A stretch of 64,000 nucleotides of DNA from a bacterium BMS3Bbin08 (GTDB taxonomy: Bacteria; Nitrospirota; Thermodesulfovibrionia; UBA6902; BMS3Bbin08). The notes beneath the pieces were generated by a model. That model was not told where the DNA came from. It saw only the letters and a list, made by a program, of their open reading frames with translations, and made no database searches. Position 1 is the first letter of the stretch, and each line of letters starts with the position of its first letter. Positions 27,369 through 35,811 of the stretch are shown piece after piece. The stretch covers positions 5,556-69,555 of the forward strand of contig BDTR01000032.1 in the NCBI GenBank assembly GCA_002897775.1. Direction: 5' to 3'. The position numbers and the translations under genes are program-made.

Positions 27369-28250
27369 ATGCCAGTAGAAAAAATACTTTTCCCAACAAA
27401 ATTCAGAGAGCTTTCTTTTGATTCTCTTGAGACACTATTAGTGCTTAAAAAAGCGGGTCTCAGGGAAGTTATCCTGTTGCATGTTATATCAAGAGAAGAG
27501 GTCGGTTTTGTGCCTTTCGGCGGCTATTTAAAGAAGGAAGAGGAAAAGAGAAGACAGGAGGCAACGATAAGGTTTGAAGACTGGCAGAAAACTCTTTCAG
27601 AAAATGGTATAGACGCACATATTAAAATAGTTGTCGGAGAACCTGTTTATGAGATCCTGAAAAACGCAGAAAATGAAAGGGTTGATCTGATAGTTGTGGG
27701 CAGGAAGAAAAGAATAGAGGGGGGGGCTTTTGTGGGTTCTTATACGCATAAGATTATAACCCGCAGCAAGGTCCCCACGCTCGTAAGTAAATATATGGTT
27801 CAGTTCCAGTGGGACGATGCAATGCTGACAAAAACAAATGACAGACTTTTCGAGGTTCCTTTGGTGACTGTTGACTGGACAGAGAGGACGCAGAGGTTGC
27901 TGGGGTTTCTTATGTCATTGAAGGGGATCGTGCGAAAGGCTTTTATCTTTTACAATTTTACTGTTGACAGTTCAAAAGATAAGACAGAGGTTGCACGCGT
28001 TAAGGCGGAAAGTTCCGCCAGGCTTGAGAAGTACTGTGAAAAACTCAGGTCGTCAGGTATTGAGGCGGAAGCGCACCTTGGCTCCGGAGGAATGCTCGAT
28101 GAAATGATTCGTGTTTCACGTGAGAGAAAAGCAAGTATGATAATGATCGGGAACACGTCAGAAGAGCGGTTTTTAAAAAATATGTTAGATAGAAGTCTTT
28201 CTTATCAGGTAGCAAAGCTGTCCGAGCTGCCTACCTTACTTGTGCCTTAG
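27369..28250 (+). CDS. tandem universal stress protein (2x UspA domain)
   Basis: 293 aa with two USP-like halves. Confidence 0.6.
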   Translation: MPVEKILFPTKFRELSFDSLETLLVLKKAGLREVILLHVISREEVGFVPFGGYLKKEEEKRRQEATIRFEDWQKTLSENGIDAHIKIVVGEPVYEILKNAENERVDLIVVGRKKRIEGGAFVGSYTHKIITRSKVPTLVSKYMVQFQWDDAMLTKTNDRLFEVPLVTVDWTERTQRLLGFLMSLKGIVRKAFIFYNFTVDSSKDKTEVARVKAESSARLEKYCEKLRSSGIEAEAHLGSGGMLDEMIRVSRERKASMIMIGNTSEERFLKNMLDRSLSYQVAKLSELPTLLVP

Positions 28251-28616
28251 CTCCCTCTCCGCCTTTCTGACGGACTGTTTAAGGTCATTGACCTTAAATG
28301 GTTTTGTGATAAAATCAAAAGCGCCCTTATTAATGGCCTCTTTTGCTATTGACTTTCTTCCGTATCCGGTAATAATGATCACCTTGACACTCGGGTTTTT
28401 CCCCCTGGCGATCTTTAACAGCTTCAGCCCGTCAACACCTTCCATCTTCAGGTCAGTAATGATAATGTCAAAAGTTTTTTTATCAAGCTCCATGATCGCG
28501 GACGCGCTTCTGGTAAAGGCCTCGACCTCGTATCCCTCTTTTTTAAACAGCCGTTTAAGTCTTTTCCCGACGATCGGCTCGTCATCCACGACCATAAGGT
28601 TTAATTTATTTTCCAC
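28236..28616 (-). CDS. single-domain response regulator (CheY-like receiver)
   Basis: 126 aa. MVVDDEPIVGKRL...DIIITDLKMEGVDG...KVIIITGYG...AFDFITKPF. A paralog of 35214..35603 and 46035..46403. Confidence 0.85.
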   Translation of the reverse strand: MENKLNLMVVDDEPIVGKRLKRLFKKEGYEVEAFTRSASAIMELDKKTFDIIITDLKMEGVDGLKLLKIARGKNPSVKVIIITGYGRKSIAKEAINKGAFDFITKPFKVNDLKQSVRKAERELRHK

Positions 28617-30385
28617 TATCCTGTTTTTCCCTGTTCCATGTTAGGTACTTCACCTGACGCTGCGGTCCGGCCTCTCTCGCCGTAAAGCGGAAATTTTACC
28701 GTGAAGGTTGTGCCAATTCCTTCCTCGCTTTCGACTTCTATTTCCCCACCATGCTCCTTTATGAGGCTCTGGCTGACCGACAATCCGAGGCCAGTGCCCT
28801 GGCCAACAGGCTTTGTGGTAAAAAAGGGTTCAAATATGTCCTTCAGTTTGTCAGGAGAGATACCTGGCCCTGTGTCGCAGATGTTTATATGCACATTTTT
28901 ATTTTCCTCGTCTGCCTCGATGCTTACGGTCAGAGTGCCTCTGTCTTTCATTGCCTGTATGGCGTTAATAAATATGTTAACAAAGACCTGTTCCAGCTTG
29001 CTGAGATTACCCCTTACAAAAATTTCCTTTTCAGGGACATCAAGGTGCAGATTTATATTGTTGACCCTTAGCTGGTTGGCTATAAGATTTACCGATCCTT
29101 TTACAATACCTGCTATGTCCTGTTTCTCCATGACCGTAGAACGCCTTGCCCTGGCAAAGTCAAGCAGGTCTTCCACAATGTGGTGGGCACGCTCACTCTG
29201 GGAGAATATATCCTGTACATAGCCTTTTAGCTCATCAGGGTCAAGTTCCTCCAGGTCTTCCAGCATTGTCTCGGCGGTTAAAGAAATATTATTTAAAGGA
29301 TTGTTTAATTCATGAGCAACCCCGGATACAAGGAGTCCTATTGAGGCGCGTTTTTCCGACTCAACAAGTTGAGCCTGTTTTTCACGCAGAAGTTCCAGGC
29401 TTTTTTCCAGCGACTCATGGGTCAGTTGAAGATGATCCAGCATTGTATTGAAAGAGACGGCAAGGGAGAAGGTTTCATCATGTTCTTTGAGAGGCGCCCT
29501 GAGAGTTATATCACCCTCTGAGATTCTCTTTGTGATCTCAGAGAGCCTTTTTATAGGAGTGACAATATAGGTGGCGGTTTTATAGACAAACAGTGGACCT
29601 AATGTGCAAAGCAGGGCGAGTGCTATGAGAAGATGCCGTTTTGTAAGCTTTACAAATGAACTGATCTTTTCTCTTTCACGGATAGCTATTTCTTTTGTGT
29701 TCTTTTCAAATTTATCGCCTATGATCTGTATATCGTCTTCCATCGAGCTGTTTTGACTGTAAATCTTAAAAAGGTCCTTCATGGTCTGAATGTAAGGAGA
29801 GCATTCGTTACAGAAGGGGATTATGGATGTTAATTGAGAGAGCCCGCTGTTGAGTTCAAGGAAGGATTTTTTGTCATGAAACAGCATATAATTTTTTTCC
29901 AGAAGCCTGAGATGCAGAATAAAGCTTGTTGTGAGTTCTTTGGCATGACCGCCTTTTGACACAAATGTTTCCAGTTTTCTTCCCTCAGCCCTTACTTTTT
30001 CAGTAAACTCTCTTGCCACAAGGTACTTGTCATAAAGACTGTCAATAAGATCCGAATATTTGCCGATAGAATTCTGGAACTCCAGGAAATCTGTTTTGCC
30101 TATTTCTTTAGTGGTTTTCGGACTTATGGATGTTGCTGAATCAGACAGGTTGGAAATTGCATTGTGAAGGTTTTTGAGAGATTCTTCATTTTTATAATAA
30201 AGAAAATTTCTTTCGTTTCGCCGGACTTCAAGTACAAGTTCTTTAAGGTCATCGCCTATTTGAACATAGCCCTGCCTGTTTTCGACGTCAGTTATATATT
30301 TGTAAGTAAGGACGTTGCCTAAAATCGCAATGCAGGAAGGTATTGCAATGCCGATAATCATTTTATGCCAGATTTTCAGTTTCAT
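28616..30385 (-). CDS. sensor histidine kinase (2 TM; periplasmic sensor domain, HAMP, HisKA, HATPase_c)
   Basis: 589 aa. H-box GVAHELNNPLNN and N/G1/G2 boxes (DTGPGIS, GQGTGLGLS). N-terminal MKLKIWHKMIIGIAIPS. Near-identical in HAMP/HisKA to the kinase at 44321. Confidence 0.85.
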   Translation of the reverse strand: MKLKIWHKMIIGIAIPSCIAILGNVLTYKYITDVENRQGYVQIGDDLKELVLEVRRNERNFLYYKNEESLKNLHNAISNLSDSATSISPKTTKEIGKTDFLEFQNSIGKYSDLIDSLYDKYLVAREFTEKVRAEGRKLETFVSKGGHAKELTTSFILHLRLLEKNYMLFHDKKSFLELNSGLSQLTSIIPFCNECSPYIQTMKDLFKIYSQNSSMEDDIQIIGDKFEKNTKEIAIREREKISSFVKLTKRHLLIALALLCTLGPLFVYKTATYIVTPIKRLSEITKRISEGDITLRAPLKEHDETFSLAVSFNTMLDHLQLTHESLEKSLELLREKQAQLVESEKRASIGLLVSGVAHELNNPLNNISLTAETMLEDLEELDPDELKGYVQDIFSQSERAHHIVEDLLDFARARRSTVMEKQDIAGIVKGSVNLIANQLRVNNINLHLDVPEKEIFVRGNLSKLEQVFVNIFINAIQAMKDRGTLTVSIEADEENKNVHINICDTGPGISPDKLKDIFEPFFTTKPVGQGTGLGLSVSQSLIKEHGGEIEVESEEGIGTTFTVKFPLYGERGRTAASGEVPNMEQGKTG

Positions 30386-30652
30386 CGATGCTTTTAACTA
30401 GGCGATTATAAATTAATAATGCGGGATAGATAAAACATGTCACGTACTAAGATACAATATTTGCGGAAATTTAATCAAAATGATGCATTTTGAAACTGTT
30501 TTGTCAGAGTTTTGAGTTATTATAATTTTATCTTACATCCTTATAAAAAAAACAAAACGTTATCTGATTGACATAGGGCTTGTGATTTTTCTAATATTGT
30601 GATTAGCCTGAATACAGTCTGTTCTGTTGATGTCTGATAAAGGAGGAGCGAG

Positions 30653-31276
30653 TTGAGCAAAATAATTTTGATAGACGAAAAATGGGATTTTAATTCTCCA
30701 ATCTCCCGGTATGCGTTAAAAATGGCAAAAGGCTCTGATACTGAGATAGTCGGTGTCTGTCTTACTGGTGATGCCGGGGATGAAACAAGCAGGGCCCAGG
30801 CGGTGTTAAGCGGCGTTAAGCAGAAATTTGCTTCTGAAGGTATTGATTTTAGTTCATACATAATAGGCCCTGACCCGGATGCATTTATGAAAAGGATAGA
30901 CAGTCTGATGCCCGCCAGCCTTGTTATTCTGGGAGATATAACGTTTTCAGATGAAATGATCAGGGGCGGAGCGAATATTGATGCCATCAAGTCAAAATTT
31001 CAGTGTCCGGTTGCCACTGTCGATGCGATAACTCTGTCTCAGGAAGAGAAAAGGACCGCAGAGGGCATAAACTGGGGCAGGTGGATAATATATGCGATAG
31101 GTTCTGTATTAATGTACGCTGTGTTTTTCCCTAAAATAGAAGCGCTGAACAAGAAGATATTCATGGCGGAGACTGTTCTTGGCGGGCTTGCTATCATGGT
31201 TGTTGTTGCTGTACACGCGTGGATATGGGGCAATACAACCACTATCTTACCTAAATTATTCAAGCTTGAAAAATAA
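30653..31276 (+). CDS. membrane-anchored protein with an N-terminal USP-like alpha/beta domain and two C-terminal TM helices
   Basis: 207 aa. The USP-like assignment is tentative and rests on the fold-like pattern only. Confidence 0.4.
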   Translation: MSKIILIDEKWDFNSPISRYALKMAKGSDTEIVGVCLTGDAGDETSRAQAVLSGVKQKFASEGIDFSSYIIGPDPDAFMKRIDSLMPASLVILGDITFSDEMIRGGANIDAIKSKFQCPVATVDAITLSQEEKRTAEGINWGRWIIYAIGSVLMYAVFFPKIEALNKKIFMAETVLGGLAIMVVVAVHAWIWGNTTTILPKLFKLEK

Positions 31277-31299
31277 TAACTATGGAGGATTAATATGAA

Positions 31300-32364
31300 A
31301 TGCATGATGTAGCTGCCCAGGCAATAGACAAACTGACTGTTGTAAGCCAGATATTCGGTACAAGCCCCTGGATCATGCTCGGAGTCATATTGCTCGGTTT
31401 CATGGGAGGAACATTGTCCGGTTTTATCGGTTCGGGAGGAGCTTTTCTGATGACTCCCGGAATGATGAACCTTGGTGTACCAGGAGTTATGGCGGTTGCC
31501 GCCAATATTACCCATAAGTTCGGCAAGGCTATGATGGGCTCAAAAAAGCACGGGGAGCTCGGGCATGTGGACAGGAAATTAGGTATTTATCTGCTTATAA
31601 CGGCCTGTATCGGCATAAGGGCCGCGGTGGTGGTAAACGGGTACTTTTTTGAGAAACTGGGCTCGGCTGGTTCAGGCCTTTATGTAAGCGCTTTTTTTGT
31701 TATTACTCTAAGTATCATAGGTTATTCATTGCTTAAGGACGCCTTAAGGTCACAAAGAGAGCCGGGTGCAGGGCCTTCTGACAAGCTTCTTAATTTATCC
31801 AGAAAATTCCAGTTTAAACCTTTGATACATTTCAAGATAGCCGATGTGGAGGTTTCTTTTGTTGTCCTTCTGTTTGTAGGATTGGCTATAGGTTATATGG
31901 CGGGAACAATCGGGGTCGGAGGTTTTATCGGGGTTCCGGCTATGATCTACGTCTTTGGTGTCCCGACTGTTGTGGCCGCGGGAACCGAGTTGTTTCTTGC
32001 TATGTTCATGGGGGCATGGGGCGCTTTCAACTACGGTATGCAGGGTTATGTTGACCTAAGGCTGGTCCTGCTTCTTTATGCGGGGTCTCTGGTAGGTATA
32101 TATTTTGGTGCAGTCGGTACTCACCTGGTAAAAGAGCTTTATATCCGCATGGTAACAGCAGTACTTATTCTCTTATGTGTTGTCTCACGCGCACTGGCAA
32201 TCCCTGAATACTTACAGCAATTAAATCTGCTCAAAATGGGAGAAGGCTCTGCCTCGATGTTTGAGATTGGCAGTAAGATTTTCCTTTTTGGAAGCGGAAT
32301 TATAGCGACATTTTTGGTTTTATACTGGACATTCAAAGCAAAAGCAAAAGAGAAAAAGGCTTAA
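31300..32364 (+). CDS. TauE/SafE (DUF81) family anion exporter-like permease
   Basis: 354 aa. Two 4-TM halves with Gly-rich motifs (GSGGAFLMTPGMM; IGVGGFIGVPAMIY). Confidence 0.7.
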   Translation: MHDVAAQAIDKLTVVSQIFGTSPWIMLGVILLGFMGGTLSGFIGSGGAFLMTPGMMNLGVPGVMAVAANITHKFGKAMMGSKKHGELGHVDRKLGIYLLITACIGIRAAVVVNGYFFEKLGSAGSGLYVSAFFVITLSIIGYSLLKDALRSQREPGAGPSDKLLNLSRKFQFKPLIHFKIADVEVSFVVLLFVGLAIGYMAGTIGVGGFIGVPAMIYVFGVPTVVAAGTELFLAMFMGAWGAFNYGMQGYVDLRLVLLLYAGSLVGIYFGAVGTHLVKELYIRMVTAVLILLCVVSRALAIPEYLQQLNLLKMGEGSASMFEIGSKIFLFGSGIIATFLVLYWTFKAKAKEKKA

Positions 32365-32425
32365 AAGCCGGTTTTTCCAGCGGGTCTATGAAGATACCCG
32401 CAAATCGTTTAAGGAGGAATAATTA

Positions 32426-32854
32426 ATGGACATGTATAAGAAAATAGTAGTGGCAGTGGACGGCTCTGAGGTGAGCAAGAACGCTTTCAGACACGCTGTT
32501 GAACTGACGAGGCAGAATAACGGAACACTTACTGTTATTCATATCGTCCCGCAGATCGAAACCCTGGACATAGAGACCTTTAAACCTGAGAGCCTTCGCA
32601 AAGGGATGATGCAGGAAGGTGAAAAAATACTCTCAGAGGTCAGGGAACTTGCCGGCAAGAGCGGAATTACGGTCCAGGCCAGTGTGGAGGAAGGAGTTCC
32701 TTTTGAAAAAATATGCGAGGTCGCGGATAAGTCCGATGCAGACCTTATAGTCATGGGAAGCCATGGCCGTAGCGGGATCGGGAAAGTGCTTATCGGAAGT
32801 GTTACAGAAAGAGTCATCAGCAGAACCAGCTGTCCTGTGCTTGTGGTGAAATAA
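32426..32854 (+). CDS. universal stress protein UspA
   Basis: 142 aa. USP ATP-binding motif VMGSHGRSGIGKVLIGSVTERV. Confidence 0.8.
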   Translation: MDMYKKIVVAVDGSEVSKNAFRHAVELTRQNNGTLTVIHIVPQIETLDIETFKPESLRKGMMQEGEKILSEVRELAGKSGITVQASVEEGVPFEKICEVADKSDADLIVMGSHGRSGIGKVLIGSVTERVISRTSCPVLVVK

Positions 32855-32870
32855 ACATTGAAAAAAAGAG

Positions 32871-33362
32871 ATGCTTAAAAGAGGCGATGAGTCCTTTCTG
32901 AAAGATGCCTTTAAAAAGGTTTCACTGGTAACAGCCACAGTTATAGCAGGTTTTTTCTTAAGCGCTGTCCTGGTTGAGTGGATAAAAAGTTCACATGCCC
33001 CTTTTCAGGGTTTTGCAAATTACGAATGGGTCCCCCGGTTAAATACATTTCTTTACCTGATGACGATGTTCAATATTCTTGTGATAAGATATGCTGTAAT
33101 GAGGATCTATATCGCACCCGGACCCGGACCCGATGACTTTAAAGCAGTTGTCAGGCGTTTATACAGGGCTGATATTGCGGCTATGCTGCTCTCAGGACTG
33201 CCCTGTATTTACGGTCTTGTACTTTTTCTACTGGCCGGCGACCATGTAGATTTCTACCTTTTATTCGCATTGACGGTTATTTACGGGACGATCTATTTCC
33301 CAAGATATACAAAATGGGTATCTATAGTTGAGGAAAAGGAAATTAATATAAAAGCGGTTTAA
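32871..33362 (+). CDS. hypothetical 4-TM membrane protein
   Basis: 163 aa with hydrophobic helices and no recognised motif. Sits between a USP gene and the second TauE gene. Confidence 0.4.
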   Translation: MLKRGDESFLKDAFKKVSLVTATVIAGFFLSAVLVEWIKSSHAPFQGFANYEWVPRLNTFLYLMTMFNILVIRYAVMRIYIAPGPGPDDFKAVVRRLYRADIAAMLLSGLPCIYGLVLFLLAGDHVDFYLLFALTVIYGTIYFPRYTKWVSIVEEKEINIKAV

Positions 33363-33379
33363 AAGGAGGATTAACTGGG

Positions 33380-34324
33380 ATGCATTTTTATCTGCCGATT
33401 GCTTTAACTAGTATCAGCCTGCCTCTTGTGTTGGGGCTTGGACTTGTGGTTGGGCTGCTTTCAGGTCTTTTTGGCGTCGGGGGGGGGTTTTTAATGACCC
33501 CGCTTTTGATTATGATAGGTATTCCCCCGACAGTTGCCGCTGCTACGGACTCGCTCCAGATCGTTGGGGCTTCCACATCCGGTACATTTGCTCACTGGAG
33601 ACTCGGCAATGTTGATTTTAAAATGGGCATGTACCTGCTGATAGGGGGGTTCGTCGGCGGCCTTGCCGGAGTACAACTCATCAAGGTTCTCAGATTAATG
33701 GGTAACGCGGATTTTGTAATAAAAATAACGTATGTCCTTATGCTGGGAATTGTAGGCAGCTATATGTTTGTTGAAAGTTTGAACGCCCTTAAGAGGGCGA
33801 GACGCGCGAAACAGTCACAGACGACTGTCAAGACCAGTACAAAGAGCAGGAAGGAATCCGGATTTATAAAATTCATGAAGGGCCTCCCGTTTCAGACCAG
33901 GTTTAACAAATCAGGTGTAACCCATTCAGCCCTGCTGGTAGTGTTTCTTGGCATGTTTGTCGGTGTTCTTGCCGCTATTATGGGCGTGGGTGGCGGGTTT
34001 CTGATGGTCCCGGTCATGATATACCTTTTGAGAATGCCGATGCATGTAGTTGTGGGAACCAGCCTGTTCCAGATACTTTTCACCTGTATTGAGGTATCTT
34101 TTCTGCAGTCATATATAAACCATACAGTTGATTTTATACTGGCAATACTGCTTCTGGCGGGGTCTACCTTCGGGGCTCAGATAGGCACTAAACTCGGGAA
34201 AAAGCTCCATGGCGACCAGTTGAAGATACTGCTTGCCATGATCGTTCTTGTGGTTACCGCAAAAATAATGCTTGACCTGTTAATTGAACCCTCTGTGCTT
34301 CTTTCGCTTAAAGGAGGGCATTAG
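33380..34324 (+). CDS. TauE/SafE (DUF81) family permease, second paralog
   Basis: 314 aa. GLFGVGGGFLMTPLLIM and IMGVGGGFLMVPVMIY motifs. RBS AAGGAGGA. Confidence 0.7.
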   Translation: MHFYLPIALTSISLPLVLGLGLVVGLLSGLFGVGGGFLMTPLLIMIGIPPTVAAATDSLQIVGASTSGTFAHWRLGNVDFKMGMYLLIGGFVGGLAGVQLIKVLRLMGNADFVIKITYVLMLGIVGSYMFVESLNALKRARRAKQSQTTVKTSTKSRKESGFIKFMKGLPFQTRFNKSGVTHSALLVVFLGMFVGVLAAIMGVGGGFLMVPVMIYLLRMPMHVVVGTSLFQILFTCIEVSFLQSYINHTVDFILAILLLAGSTFGAQIGTKLGKKLHGDQLKILLAMIVLVVTAKIMLDLLIEPSVLLSLKGGH

Positions 34325-34325
34325 A

Positions 34326-35108
34326 ATGAGAATTATAAAAGGGTTTAATATTAAGGCACTGCTTCTGGCAGGCTGTTTAATGTTGATTCCGGTTCCTGAC
34401 GCGTTTTCTGTTACTTTCAAAGTTTCTCCTGAACACATTGCCGTCGATTCTCTTTACCACGGGAGCAGGGTGTCGATAACCGGTGAAGTCGGGGCGGACG
34501 AAGAGGTTATTGTAAAGGTGACCTCAGAGGAACATAAGGTCGATCTGCGCAAAAAGGGTAAAAAGATGGGCCTGTTGTGGATGAATGTGGGAGAGTTGGA
34601 AATAGAGCCTGTATCCGATGTTTATCTTTTGTTTTCAACGCGTGATATCAATGAAATATTGAATCCGGAACAGCAGAACAGTTATGTAATAGGATACGGC
34701 TCCCTGAAGAAAATAGTGAGTTTAGTCCCTGTATCGGATGAAGCTGAAAAAGAAAAATGGTTTGATGAATTTATTAAATTCAAAGAGAATGACAATATAT
34801 ACGGCGTGTTCCCCGGAACCATAGATGTTATTTCATCCGGTGAAGAGAAAAAATTCAAGATCGATGTGGACTGGCCTTATCAGGCCCCGCCTCAGGAATA
34901 CAAGGTCAGCGCGTACACGGTGAAAAACGGTTTGATATCAGGCGAATCAAACGCCACGCTTATTGTTGAGAAAACGGGCGCACTCAGGTTTCTATCGGAA
35001 ATGGCTTTCAATAAGGCCGCGGTTTATGGAGTTGTCTCAATATTTATAGCCATATTTGCCGGGTTCATTGTAAGCATGGTCTTTAAAGGAGGCGGAGGCG
35101 GACACTAA
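34326..35108 (+). CDS. exported hypothetical protein with signal peptide and a C-terminal TM anchor plus a Gly tail
   Basis: Start moved to the ATG at 34326 (MRIIKGFNIKALLLAGCLMLIPVPDAFS) after AGGAGGG. Ends in a hydrophobic helix and GGGGGH. Confidence 0.5.
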   Translation: MRIIKGFNIKALLLAGCLMLIPVPDAFSVTFKVSPEHIAVDSLYHGSRVSITGEVGADEEVIVKVTSEEHKVDLRKKGKKMGLLWMNVGELEIEPVSDVYLLFSTRDINEILNPEQQNSYVIGYGSLKKIVSLVPVSDEAEKEKWFDEFIKFKENDNIYGVFPGTIDVISSGEEKKFKIDVDWPYQAPPQEYKVSAYTVKNGLISGESNATLIVEKTGALRFLSEMAFNKAAVYGVVSIFIAIFAGFIVSMVFKGGGGGH

Positions 35109-35213
35109 CGCTCAGGGTAGACTATAAACAGGATACTTATAATCGGGGAACTGGAGATGTTATAATACCAGAGTTGAGGTATTGATACAGGTGTTTTTGT
35201 CAGCGGATCGGTC

Positions 35214-35603
35214 ATGGAAAAAGGAAAATATCTAATGATGGTGGTGGATGACGAACCCATAGTGGGAAAACGTCTGAAACAGATCTTCGAGAAAGCCGGC
35301 TATAATACGGAAGTATTTACAGGGGGCCGCTCAGCCCTTGAGGATCTGAAGAAAAAAAAATACGACATCGTTGTTACAGACCTGAGAATGGACGATGTGG
35401 ACGGCATAAAGATACTTGAGGAGGCAAGAGAGAAAAACCCGGACATTAAAGTAATAATTATTACCGCGTACGCGGAGATGGAAACTGCCAAAGAGGCCTT
35501 TAAAAAAGGGGCCTTTGATTTTATCGCCAAGCCTTTTAAAATAGACGAACTCAAGCAGGTAATAGCAAGGGCGGAAAAAGAACTTGCCAAGTCCAGGGAA
35601 TAA
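35214..35603 (+). CDS. single-domain response regulator (receiver), paralog
   Basis: 129 aa. MVVDDEPIVGKRLKQIF...DIVVTDLRMDDVDG...KVIIITAYA...AFDFIAKPF. Confidence 0.85.
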   Translation: MEKGKYLMMVVDDEPIVGKRLKQIFEKAGYNTEVFTGGRSALEDLKKKKYDIVVTDLRMDDVDGIKILEEAREKNPDIKVIIITAYAEMETAKEAFKKGAFDFIAKPFKIDELKQVIARAEKELAKSRE

Positions 35604-35811
35604 AAGGATCTTCTACCTGTCTTGTCCCCTCCCGCAGTTATTAATTATAATGTATATGAAAGCTGTTTTTTCGACTACCGTTCCTTACCACAGGGTGACC
35701 CGCTTAAAAGGAGTTGTGGTGTCATGATACGGCCCGCTTCTGATATCTTAAATTTTCCGAAGCTTTGAAAAAGAATACTATGAAGTTTATAATGAATTAG
35801 GAATAAAAGCC

